This document shows positions 18,087 through 26,009 of a stretch of DNA of 26,009 nt, in pieces. The stretch comes from a virus (taxonomy: Duplodnaviria > Heunggongvirae > Uroviricota > Caudoviricetes). The stretch lies in IMG/VR virus record IMGVR_UViG_2695420653_000006, positions 1 through 26,009 of that record. One strand, written 5' to 3'. The notes beneath the pieces are model-generated. The model worked only from the letters and a program-made list of their open reading frames with translations, was not told where the DNA came from and made no database searches. The position numbers and the translations under genes are program-made. Position 1 is the first letter of the stretch. Every line of letters starts with the position of its first letter.

Positions 18087-20083
18087 TGGCTAAAGCATGG
18101 AAAGATGTTATCTCCTCTCCACAGTATCAGGCGTTAGCACCAGAACAAAAAGCGCAGGCTCAGGAGCAATACTTCAATGAAGTCGTTGCCCCGCAAGCCG
18201 GAGAAAATGCAGAGCAGGCTAAGCAAGCTTTCTATGCTGCCTATCCATTGCCATCTGTGCAGCCAGTGGAGACACAACAACCAGTAGCACAGCAACAACC
18301 ACAGCAAAGTGGATTTATGTCTGATCTTGGTGAAGCAGTAAAAGAGACTGGTCGCGGACTGGTGCAGGCTGGCGTGAACGTGGCAAACATACCTGCATCA
18401 GTTGCCGATGCTGTAACAAGCGCGGCGGCTTGGGCTGGCGGTAAACTTGGCATTGGCGATGGGACATATCAACCAGCGCCACGAGTAACAACGCAGGGAT
18501 TAGAGCAGGACTTTGGCCTTCAGCAAGGTGCGCTGACTCCACAAACGACAGAGGGAAGGGTGTTTGCTGAAGCATTGCCTTACCTCACTCCTGCTGGCGT
18601 TGAGAGAGCGGCGGTACAGGCGCCAACACTTGCTGGTCGAATTGCTCAGGGGGCAACTCGCCTTCTAGCAGAAAACGCAGTTGGATCACTTGCTGCAAAT
18701 AGTGCGAAAGATGATGCGGAAGCACTCGCCACCGATTTAGGCGTTGGTGTACTTGCTGGCGGTGCTATTAACGCTTCCGGACGTGGATTAGGTGCTGCTT
18801 ATCGTGGCGTTCGTGGTGCTATCGCGCCAGAAGCGCAGCAGGCTATCAGATTTGCAGAGCGTGAAGGAGTTCCTCTGCACACCACAGACCTGTTACAACC
18901 AACTTCCCGCGTCGGAAAAATGGCGCAGACTACAGCAGAAAATATCCCTCTGGCTGGCACAAGCGGAATGAGATCAACGCAACAGGAAGCGAGAAGCCAG
19001 TTGGTGCAGAGATTTGCTGATAAATTCGGTGAGTATGATCCAGCTGTTGTTATTGACAGCCTTAAAGCGAAAACATCAGGAATTCGTCGTGCCGCCGGTA
19101 ATCGACTGGAGCAGGTACAGAATGCAATGGCAGGAATCAACATTCAACCTGCCAGAGCAATTCAGCAGATAGATACTGAGATATCTAACCTGCAGAAGCT
19201 TGGTAAGGTTGCTGATAACGAGACTATTTCAAAACTTCAGTCCTATCGTGATGAGCTTGTTCGCAATGCTAGTCCTGATGGTCCGGTAAATCTGGATTTG
19301 AAGCAATTAAGCGATCTGCGCAGCCAGTTCAGAATGGACGTGAAGGGGGAACGACCAGTGTTACCAAACCGTTCCGATGCTGCCATTCAGCGCGTTTACA
19401 AGGCGATGACAGACGATATCAATGGTGCCATTGGTCAGAATCTTGGCAACGATACTCTCCGTAAATATCAGCAGGCCAATGCCGTCTACGCTGACGAAGC
19501 GGCGAAACTAAAGAATACCAGGCTGAAGAATGTTCTCATGAAAGGCGACCTGACGCCGGAAGTTGTCAACAACATGCTATTCAGCAAGAACAAATCGGAA
19601 ATTAAGACGCTGTATAACTCAGTTGGTCGTGTTGGCAGGGCGCAAATGCGCAATGGCATCATTGGAAAGGCGATGGAGAAATCAGGTGGTTCCCCTGATC
19701 AGTTCCTTCGACAGCTTAACATCCTGCAAAACCAGACTGGCATCACATTTAAGGGGCAGGACGCTGCTTATCTGAAAGGATTGAAAAACTACCTGCAATC
19801 CACGCAGCAGGCTGCAAAAGCGGCAGTAACAACACCAACAGGGCAGCAAACCATCCCGTTCATTATCGGGTATGGGACAGCAATGAACCCGGCGACAACT
19901 GGCGCAGCGGTAAGCTACGGACTTCTTACTCGCGCCTATGAGAGCGAGCCATTCAGAAATGCAATGCTCCGAATGGCAAACACCCAACGCGGATCAACAG
20001 CGTTTGAGAAAGCCATGCAGCAGGCGCAAAAGGCCATTAACGCCCTGACTCAAGGTGCCAAGTCTGATGCGTTGTCAGAATAG
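18086..20083 (+). CDS. Ejection (injection) protein, P22 gp16-like
   Basis: 665 aa; last gene of the + strand ejection-protein trio; start overlaps previous stop (TAATG). Confidence 0.8.
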   Translation: MAKAWKDVISSPQYQALAPEQKAQAQEQYFNEVVAPQAGENAEQAKQAFYAAYPLPSVQPVETQQPVAQQQPQQSGFMSDLGEAVKETGRGLVQAGVNVANIPASVADAVTSAAAWAGGKLGIGDGTYQPAPRVTTQGLEQDFGLQQGALTPQTTEGRVFAEALPYLTPAGVERAAVQAPTLAGRIAQGATRLLAENAVGSLAANSAKDDAEALATDLGVGVLAGGAINASGRGLGAAYRGVRGAIAPEAQQAIRFAEREGVPLHTTDLLQPTSRVGKMAQTTAENIPLAGTSGMRSTQQEARSQLVQRFADKFGEYDPAVVIDSLKAKTSGIRRAAGNRLEQVQNAMAGINIQPARAIQQIDTEISNLQKLGKVADNETISKLQSYRDELVRNASPDGPVNLDLKQLSDLRSQFRMDVKGERPVLPNRSDAAIQRVYKAMTDDINGAIGQNLGNDTLRKYQQANAVYADEAAKLKNTRLKNVLMKGDLTPEVVNNMLFSKNKSEIKTLYNSVGRVGRAQMRNGIIGKAMEKSGGSPDQFLRQLNILQNQTGITFKGQDAAYLKGLKNYLQSTQQAAKAAVTTPTGQQTIPFIIGYGTAMNPATTGAAVSYGLLTRAYESEPFRNAMLRMANTQRGSTAFEKAMQQAQKAINALTQGAKSDALSE

Positions 20084-20173
20084 CCTTTCAAACACCAGGA
20101 ACGTGCAAAAACCAAATATGTAGAACGCGAGGTTTATCGTATTCCTCTGCATAGGCGATACCTTTGCTGATTG

Positions 20174-20659
20174 TTATCTGATGTTACTGCTACTGTTGCA
20201 TGTGACTGTATTTCCAAACCCTGAATTGCAGTTTGTGTAAGTGTCAACTCGTGTTGGATAGGGTTGAGTTATAACAGGCTGTCTCGCTTTTTGCTCGATC
20301 GCTTGCATTGTGTTTACAGCCTGATAATTCAATAAAGCCTGCTGGAATGCTTGGCTTTGTGCTATTTGTTGTGCTTGTTCTTGGCTTTGTAATTGAACAT
20401 AAAGATTCTGAAGCTCAAGTCTTGCCTGTGCGTCACTTATCTTGCCTTCATCGACACCTTGCCCGAGCATCTTTGCAGCAAGGACATACAGTTTAGGTGT
20501 TGGTGCTGATGCCATGCGTGAGTCGTTCTTCACACTGGCATCAAGGCAATTAGCCATATCGCTAAGCTTTTGATAGCGTTGTTCGCAACTTGCTTGATAG
20601 TCACTTACTTTTGCGCATCCAACCAGCAGAAGCGGGATAATTAACAGTGATTTTTTCAT
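20174..20659 (-). CDS. Predicted lipoprotein (161 aa), candidate superinfection-exclusion/moron gene in the sieA position
   Basis: ATG at 20659 preceded by AAGGAGAG; signal peptide with lipobox MKKSLLIIPLLLVGC; Q-rich helical middle; C-terminal Cys pair (TNCNSGFGNTVTC). The upstream in-frame start at 20695 has no RBS. No family recognised. Confidence 0.65.
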   Translation of the reverse strand: MKKSLLIIPLLLVGCAKVSDYQASCEQRYQKLSDMANCLDASVKNDSRMASAPTPKLYVLAAKMLGQGVDEGKISDAQARLELQNLYVQLQSQEQAQQIAQSQAFQQALLNYQAVNTMQAIEQKARQPVITQPYPTRVDTYTNCNSGFGNTVTCNSSSNIR

Positions 20660-20729
20660 ATGGTTAACTCTCCTTAGTTTTTCACAGGATATCATGAAGG
20701 CAATGCCATTTTAGCCGGAAGCTAGATTT

Positions 20730-20999
20730 CTATGTTTCCTTTTTATTATTGCTATACATGGTCTTAAGCGTTTCAAAAACCATTTTCTTAACCATATCAG
20801 ATTGTTGTTCTGCCATACGCTCTGCATCGTCAATGTAAACTGATACAGAGCTTTGTTTAGCCAATGATTCTTCAATCGCTGCAATTATCTCTGAGTTCAG
20901 CGACCTGTTATTCATCTTCGCACGCTGTTTAATTTTCGCGTGAAGTTCATGCGGAAGTCTCAAGTGAAACTGCGCCTCGTCGTATTTGCTGTACATCAT
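20730..20999 (-). CDS. mnt: Mnt-like ribbon-helix-helix repressor (Arc/MetJ superfamily)
   Basis: Translation from Met at 20999 (MMYSKYDEAQFHLRLPHELHAKIKQRAKMNNRSLNSEIIAAIEESLAKQSSVSVYIDDAERMAEQQSDMVKKMVFETLKTMY...) aligns with P22 Mnt (…NGRSMNSELLQIVQDAL…DAERLADEQSELVKKMVFDTLK…) from memory; GAGG SD upstream. Confidence 0.8.
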   Translation of the reverse strand: MMYSKYDEAQFHLRLPHELHAKIKQRAKMNNRSLNSEIIAAIEESLAKQSSVSVYIDDAERMAEQQSDMVKKMVFETLKTMYSNNKKET

Positions 21000-21127
21000 T
21001 GATGCCTCACCAGTTGGGTGGAATGGCATCGTAACCTACTGGATAAATACTCAATAGTACCATTTCGGTATGCAATCACATCATGGTTGCATCATATCAT
21101 TCGTCTGGAGCAATGAAATGTCAGATA

Positions 21128-21628
21128 TCACCTACTCAACAGATGGTCAGCAACCATGTTTGCTGCCTTATAAGCTATAGCAGCTTCATCAATGGTGTTG
21201 AATCTCCCAAGGGTTATGTTTTTACCTGAGACATTTATCTGAGCTTGCCATTGATTTCTGGCTTGACAGAAAGTTACCCCCTTGATTCCAGCATTGCTAT
21301 TTCGAGGTCCGACATTTAATGCATTTACGACTCTGCTGACATCCCTAAGGTTTGAGATTGCGTTATTTCTTCTGTTTCTATCAATGTGGTCAATCTCTTG
21401 TTTTGGCCATTCGCCATATACATACAGCCAGGCAAGTCTATGTGCAAAATATCTTACGCCATCAATATTAATTGCGTTATATCCATAAGAAATTGTGCCA
21501 GCAACTTTCCCAACAGCACCTCTGGCGCTTAATTTCTTTTTCCAAGTGAAAATTCCTGTTTCTTTATTGTAATCGAGAACCTCCATAAGGCGCTCCCGAG
21601 TTACTACCTCGTGACGTCTCTTACTCAT
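21128..21628 (-). CDS. HNH endonuclease with AP2-type DNA-binding domain (free-standing homing-endonuclease-like)
   Basis: Translation from ATG 21628 (SD GGAG): HNH motif region [18 protein letters not shown] followed by an AP2-like domain ([40 protein letters not shown]); AT-rich codon usage. Confidence 0.75.
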   Translation of the reverse strand: MSKRRHEVVTRERLMEVLDYNKETGIFTWKKKLSARGAVGKVAGTISYGYNAINIDGVRYFAHRLAWLYVYGEWPKQEIDHIDRNRRNNAISNLRDVSRVVNALNVGPRNSNAGIKGVTFCQARNQWQAQINVSGKNITLGRFNTIDEAAIAYKAANMVADHLLSR

Positions 21629-21641
21629 TATTTTCTCCGGA

Positions 21642-23486
21642 ATGTTTATTATGCCAGAACAATTATACAACGTTGTTGTTTCACAACCAAGTCAGTTATT
21701 TACTTTAGCTCGCTCGTTTAAAGCAAATGCCAATGGCAAAATTTATATCGGTAAAATTGACACTGACCCTGTAAATCCTGAAAACCAGATTCAGGTTTAT
21801 GTGGAAAACGAAGACGGCTCTCATGTTCCTGTATCGCAACCAATCATCATTAATGCTGCTGGTTACCCTGTATATAACGGACAGATTGCCAAGTTCGTAA
21901 CTGTGCAAGGCCATTCTATGGCTGTTTATGATGCATATGGTGCGCAGCAGTTCTATTTTCCGAATGTGTTAAAATATGACCCAGATCAGGCATATTATCG
22001 TGCTGAAAAAGACATTAAAAGATCTGGCGCTATCGAAACAAAAATACAAGACGCTATTAATTCATCCGTCTCAGGTCAGACGGTGTTAACAATTAATGAA
22101 GATGAGGTTGTTGATTCTATTAACAATGATTATGGTGTGGAAATCGATGCTAGAAGGGGAAGAGTTTTTAATAGAGATGGTGTCCAGTTATCAACATACA
22201 CAAATCCGAGGAATAGATTTGTTATAGGTCAAGAGTATTTAAATTATGTTACAAATAAACTTATTAACGGTGACGGAGTAACTTCAGATAAAAAAACATA
22301 TATTTTATGGTCTGGAGACTCCACTATAGTTGGTGTAAACTCTGAGTCATGGCCTCCAGCCACTATCGCTGATTTTTATGCAAAAAGGTATGGAATTATT
22401 GATGTAAAAAATACATCGTTAGGTCATTCAGGTAAAACTCTATACGAATGGGGTAATTGGTATATTGATCAGGAATGGTCTGTTTTTTCTGCTGCTGATT
22501 TGATTGTTTTACGATGGGGAATTAACGATCCATATTATGGTTATACATTGGATCAAGTAAAAGACGCATTAGATAGAGGTCTTTCCAAGTTACGAAATAA
22601 CAAATCAGTTTCCCAGCAATCAATTATTATCATGTCCCCAAACTCAACATCAGACACACCAAACGGACGTGATGAAAAATGGTATGAACAGTTAACAGCC
22701 GTGCTTAGAGCTAAAGCTAAAAAATATAAGTGCATGTTTTTTGACACTTACGGTATGTGGCAGGATTCCAGAGGCGCAGCAGGTAACTGGCTTGATAATC
22801 CATATGGGGATGGTCGCGGAATTCATCCAAATTATGTTTTTAGCGCCCAAATTCACCATGAGTTACTTGATTACATATATGGCCCATGCAAAGTAGTAAA
22901 TGGAAGTTCTAATTTATTTTCTAACAATGGTTCATCTTTGCAATTTGTTGGTAGTTCATATCCACCAAATACGTTTCATATGGGGACTTCATGGTGGAGA
23001 ACAAATCCTGATGATTCTTCTTGGCCTCTTGATGGTGTTATTCAGGTCGATAGATTTGTTGATGGAGTAGTGTTGCAAAAATTATATGGATATATATCTG
23101 AAAGTAGCAGAGTGTGTTTTACTCGCATAGGAAGGATAAGTGAGAACACATGGTCACAGTGGCGTGGTAAGCAATATGAAATATCTGGCCTGTTACAAAA
23201 TGGATGGGTTATAGGAGAATCAAGGAAAGGGACATACCAAAAATCTCTGGATGGTATTATAAATATAAATTGCGTTTTAACTGGAGGGGCAACTTCTGTT
23301 GGAACGGTTATAATGAATCTTCCTTCAGGGTTCAGGCCAGAAAAAGATATATCTTATATACCTTGTGGAACAAACAATGCTATAGCACTGATCAATATTT
23401 CGGCTAACGGAAATGTTACAATTCAATCATTTCCGTCAGGTTCTGTTCTTACTATAGCAACATCATTCCCATCAATGGTTGATTGA
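21642..23486 (+). CDS. Tailspike protein: P22-type head-binding N-domain fused to an SGNH/GDSL-hydrolase (esterase) receptor-binding domain
   Basis: Residues about 20-115 match the conserved P22 gp9 head-binding domain ([38 protein letters not shown]...[15 protein letters not shown]...NVLKYDPDQ). Downstream, SGNH blocks in canonical order: GDS ([11 protein letters not shown], Ser227 codon near 22320), G block (LGHSG), GxND (LRWGINDP), DxxH (DGRGIHPN). Strongly AT-rich after the N-domain. Confidence 0.85.
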   Translation: MFIMPEQLYNVVVSQPSQLFTLARSFKANANGKIYIGKIDTDPVNPENQIQVYVENEDGSHVPVSQPIIINAAGYPVYNGQIAKFVTVQGHSMAVYDAYGAQQFYFPNVLKYDPDQAYYRAEKDIKRSGAIETKIQDAINSSVSGQTVLTINEDEVVDSINNDYGVEIDARRGRVFNRDGVQLSTYTNPRNRFVIGQEYLNYVTNKLINGDGVTSDKKTYILWSGDSTIVGVNSESWPPATIADFYAKRYGIIDVKNTSLGHSGKTLYEWGNWYIDQEWSVFSAADLIVLRWGINDPYYGYTLDQVKDALDRGLSKLRNNKSVSQQSIIIMSPNSTSDTPNGRDEKWYEQLTAVLRAKAKKYKCMFFDTYGMWQDSRGAAGNWLDNPYGDGRGIHPNYVFSAQIHHELLDYIYGPCKVVNGSSNLFSNNGSSLQFVGSSYPPNTFHMGTSWWRTNPDDSSWPLDGVIQVDRFVDGVVLQKLYGYISESSRVCFTRIGRISENTWSQWRGKQYEISGLLQNGWVIGESRKGTYQKSLDGIININCVLTGGATSVGTVIMNLPSGFRPEKDISYIPCGTNNAIALINISANGNVTIQSFPSGSVLTIATSFPSMVD

Positions 23487-23549
23487 TAATATTTATTATT
23501 TTGGTTCTTGTATTACAAATAAATACACCATAACAATAAACATAAGAAG

Positions 23550-23583
23550 CACAAAGCTTTGCACTGGATTGCAAGGCTTTGTG
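23550..23583. terminator. Long hairpin between convergent tailspike and integrase genes (putative bidirectional terminator)
   Basis: 14-bp stem (one G-U) CACAAAGCTTTGCA / TGCAAGGCTTTGTG with 6-nt loop; T-rich flank on the minus-strand side. Confidence 0.5.
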
Positions 23584-23607
23584 TCATTCGATAGTTGTTA
23601 ATGTCGC

Positions 23608-24765
23608 TCACTCCACCTTTTCATCAAGCCAGTCCGCCCACCACTGCATCATTTCTCTGCGCTTATCGAGATACTGAGCATGGTTGTAAATACCGCGCAC
23701 AGATCCACCGTTGGCATGTGCAAGTTGCACTTCAATAGCGTCAGCAGGCCATTCGTGCTCGTTCATAATCGTGCTGAATTCATGCCTGAATCCGTGACCG
23801 CTTTCCAGACCCTCATAGCCGATTTGTTTGATCACAAGCAATACCGCGTTCTCGCAGATTGGCTTCTTCTTATCGTTACGCCCGGCAAAAACAAACTCTG
23901 ATACTGGTTTGGTGATGGAGCTTAACGTAGTGAGAAGTTCAACCACCTGGTCTGACATCGGGACCACATGAATTTTGCGTCCCTTCATCACACTGGCGTC
24001 GATGGTGATAATCCTGTTTTCAAAATCGACGTTCTTCCATTGCATGGAACGAAGCTCTTTTGTTCTGAGGGCTGTGTAGCGTAAAACTTTGGTCGCAATG
24101 AGCGATACGATACTTCCTGAAAATGTTGCCAGTGCTTTGTTGAATGCAGGGATCTGGTCTGCAGGCAGAAACGGGAAGTTTTTCTTGCGGTATCCCTTCA
24201 TTGCGTCAGCAAGGTCAGGTGCCGGGTTATATTTAGCTCTGCCGGTGACAATAGCGTAACGGAAAACCTCGCCGCATCTTCTGCGTGCTTTGTTGGCTCG
24301 CTCCATTGCACCGCGATCTTCGAATCTGCGGATTACTTCCAGCAGTTGCATCGGCTCAATATCCTGAATCTCAAGACCGCCGATGATGGGTAAAATGTCG
24401 TCATCAAACATTTTGGCAAGTTCAGTCGCATATCCTACTGACCAGACTTGCTTCTTGTGCTCGTACCATTCCTTGTAAATGGCGCTAAAGGAATTGTTGT
24501 TAGACGAAGCCTTTTTCGCTTTTACCGGATCGATGCCAACCGAGATGTCTTTCCTCGCGGTCCATGCTTTATCTCTTGCCTCCTGCAAAGTCATTAGCGG
24601 ATATTTTCCTACGGTCAGGATTTTCTCCTTACCGTCAATCTTGTAGCGAAGCTGCCATACCTTTTTCCCGGATACAGGGACATAAAGGTACAGGCCATTA
24701 CCATCGAGAAGGCGGTATGGTTTTTCTTTCGGCTTTGCTGCTTCAATCTGCTTAACGGTGAGCAT
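23608..24765 (-). CDS. intS: Tyrosine integrase, P4-family, argW-targeting type (IntS-like)
   Basis: 385 aa from ATG 24765 (MLTVKQIEAAKPKEKPYRLLDGNGLYLYV... arm-binding N-domain); catalytic R…HxxR…Y signature (…RTKELRS…HGFRHEF…RGIYNHAQY); adjacent to the 3' end of argW. ORF track starts at an upstream GTG (24801) that I consider less likely. Confidence 0.88.
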   Translation of the reverse strand: MLTVKQIEAAKPKEKPYRLLDGNGLYLYVPVSGKKVWQLRYKIDGKEKILTVGKYPLMTLQEARDKAWTARKDISVGIDPVKAKKASSNNNSFSAIYKEWYEHKKQVWSVGYATELAKMFDDDILPIIGGLEIQDIEPMQLLEVIRRFEDRGAMERANKARRRCGEVFRYAIVTGRAKYNPAPDLADAMKGYRKKNFPFLPADQIPAFNKALATFSGSIVSLIATKVLRYTALRTKELRSMQWKNVDFENRIITIDASVMKGRKIHVVPMSDQVVELLTTLSSITKPVSEFVFAGRNDKKKPICENAVLLVIKQIGYEGLESGHGFRHEFSTIMNEHEWPADAIEVQLAHANGGSVRGIYNHAQYLDKRREMMQWWADWLDEKVE

Positions 24766-24926
24766 GGGTAAAAATCCGGTGGGTAAAATTATTTTATCCA
24801 CTTTTTACCCGTCATGGAGTGCGGCTGTCAACGATCTGAAGCGAACCATGACGAACTGTGAATCTACGGAAGGCTTGATATTCAGGGGATTTTGCGGACT
24901 AGCACGGATGGTAGCGAACTGATAAA

Positions 24927-25001
24927 TGGTGTCCCCTGCAGGAATCGAACCTGCAATTAGCCCTTAGGAGGGGCTCGTTATATCCATTTAACTAAGAGGA
25001 C
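24927..25001 (-). tRNA. argW: tRNA-Arg (anticodon CCU)
   Basis: Minus-strand sequence GTCCTCTTAGTTAAATGGATATAACGAGCCCCTCCTAAGGGCTAATTGCAGGTTCGATTCCTGCAGGGGACACCA folds as a cloverleaf: 7-bp acceptor stem, T-loop GGTTCGATTCC, anticodon loop CCUCCUAAG with CCU at 34-36, encoded CCA. Confidence 0.92.
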
Positions 25002-25011
25002 AATGCGGCAT

Positions 25012-25040
25012 GAGTATACCCGCTAATGGACTGCGGGGTA
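25012..25040 (-). promoter_or_regulatory. Putative argW promoter
   Basis: On the minus strand: TTACCC (-35), 17-bp spacer, TATACT (-10), GC-rich discriminator (CATGCCGC) about 12 nt upstream of the tRNA 5' end. Confidence 0.35.
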
Positions 25041-25076
25041 AGTACGCTGCCGCTCGATTGCTTAAACCCTCGCCAT

Positions 25077-26009
25077 TTATGCTGGGTTTTTATCATTTTT
25101 CTTAATGTTTTCCGCACGTTCTGCTTTTTGGCGTGCTTCTGCTTTACGCTTGTTGCTCATGTCGTTACGAATCTGTGCATGACTCATTAACGCGAAGATA
25201 AAGGTGCCGCCGCAGATGTTCCCCGCTAAAGTAGGTAGTGCGAAGGGCCAGATGAAATCGCTCCAGTGCAGCGTGCCGTTAAACACCAGATAGAGGATTT
25301 CAACAGAACCGACAACGATGTGGGTGGTGTCACCCAGTGCAATAAGCCAGGTCATCAAAATAATCACCACAATCTTTGCCGCACCCGCTGCAGGAAACAT
25401 CCAAACCATAGTGGCGATCAGCCAGCCGGAAATGATCGCGTTGGCAAACATCTCGCTGGGGGTGTTCTTCATCACATCCATGCCGATTTTGACAAATGCA
25501 TCGCGAGTTTCTTCATTGAAGATAGGCATATATTCAAATGCCCATGCAGCAATACCTGTCCCGAGAATATTACCCAGCAGCACGACGCCCCATAATCGCA
25601 TAAGTAAGCCGACGTTGCTCATTGTCGGTTTTTGCATGACGGGTAGTACCGCAGTCACGGTGTTTTCGGTAAATAATTGCTGGCGGGCCATAATGACGAT
25701 AATAAAACCAAAGGTATAACCGAGATTCTCCAGTAAGAAGCTGCCTGGCACTCCTTCCAGTTCGACATGAAATATCCCTTTTGCCAGTAGCGAAGCGCCC
25801 ATCGACAGACCCGCCGCAATGGCTGACCACAGTAGCGCCATTGCGTCGCGTTCCAGCTCTTTTTCACCATCCTGGCGGATATGCTCATGAATTGCCATCG
25901 CCCGGGAGGGGAGTCGATCTTCATCTATTTCTATTTTTTTGCCGCGCTCTTTTTCTTCGCTCTCAACTTCAATTTCGTCGCTGTGTTGATCAATTTTGTC
26001 GTTGTCCAT
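25077..26009 (-). CDS. yfdC: Host inner-membrane protein YfdC (formate/nitrite transporter family)
   Basis: 310-aa polytopic membrane protein with multiple hydrophobic segments; I recognise it as E. coli YfdC, the known chromosomal neighbour of argW. Complete ORF ending at the window edge. Confidence 0.8.
   Translation of the reverse strand: MDNDKIDQHSDEIEVESEEKERGKKIEIDEDRLPSRAMAIHEHIRQDGEKELERDAMALLWSAIAAGLSMGASLLAKGIFHVELEGVPGSFLLENLGYTFGFIIVIMARQQLFTENTVTAVLPVMQKPTMSNVGLLMRLWGVVLLGNILGTGIAAWAFEYMPIFNEETRDAFVKIGMDVMKNTPSEMFANAIISGWLIATMVWMFPAAGAAKIVVIILMTWLIALGDTTHIVVGSVEILYLVFNGTLHWSDFIWPFALPTLAGNICGGTFIFALMSHAQIRNDMSNKRKAEARQKAERAENIKKNDKNPA

Larger units (their letters stand above)
1..24930. 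mobile_element. Lambdoid (P22/Sf6-like) prophage, right portion; left end lies upstream of the window, right end at the argW junction
   Basis: Contiguous phage modules (nin/Q, lysis, terminase, portal, coat, ejection proteins, tailspike, integrase) ending at an integrase adjacent to the 3' end of a tRNA-Arg gene. Exact att boundary not determinable from this window alone. Confidence 0.85.

Noticed and set aside
21629-21670. Longer HNH ORF starting at 21670 ([14 protein letters not shown]…)
   Set aside because: Would overlap the tailspike start codon on the opposite strand and lacks an RBS, whereas ATG 21628 has GGAG at proper spacing.
24766-24801. Upstream GTG start extending the integrase by 12 codons
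   Set aside because: P4-family integrases of this type begin at the MLTVKQIEAAKP arm-binding motif; the ATG at 24765 gives the expected 385-aa length; the GTG extension has no better RBS.
1-26009. CRISPR arrays, IS elements/transposases, rRNA genes
   Set aside because: No regularly spaced direct repeats, no transposase-like ORFs or terminal inverted repeats, and no rRNA-like sequence were seen on either strand.

Overview
This window is the right-hand ~25 kb of a mosaic lambdoid prophage with a P22/Sf6-type virion module, integrated at tRNA-Arg(CCU) argW and followed by the host gene yfdC. All identifications rest on reading the supplied translations and sequence and on recalled family knowledge; no database search was run. 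In order: a lambda-like nin/late-control block (ninF, an extra 89-aa ORF, ninG/rap, ninH, ninI phosphatase, Q, PR'/qut, 6S RNA, tR'); a lambda-like lysis cassette (S with dual start, R, Rz with embedded Rz1); rha and a P22 orf80-like gene; then the P22/Sf6-like morphogenesis operon (TerS, TerL, portal, scaffold, coat, gp4, gp10, gp26 needle, gp14, ejection proteins gp7/gp20/gp16). Next comes a three-gene minus-strand, AT-rich island in the position of P22 sieA/immI (lipoprotein, orphan Mnt repressor, HNH-AP2 endonuclease), then a tailspike whose receptor-binding part carries SGNH/GDSL esterase motifs, then a P4-family integrase, argW and yfdC. The most interesting items are the esterase-type tailspike and the antisense lipoprotein-Mnt-HNH island. 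No CRISPR array, IS element or rRNA was seen.
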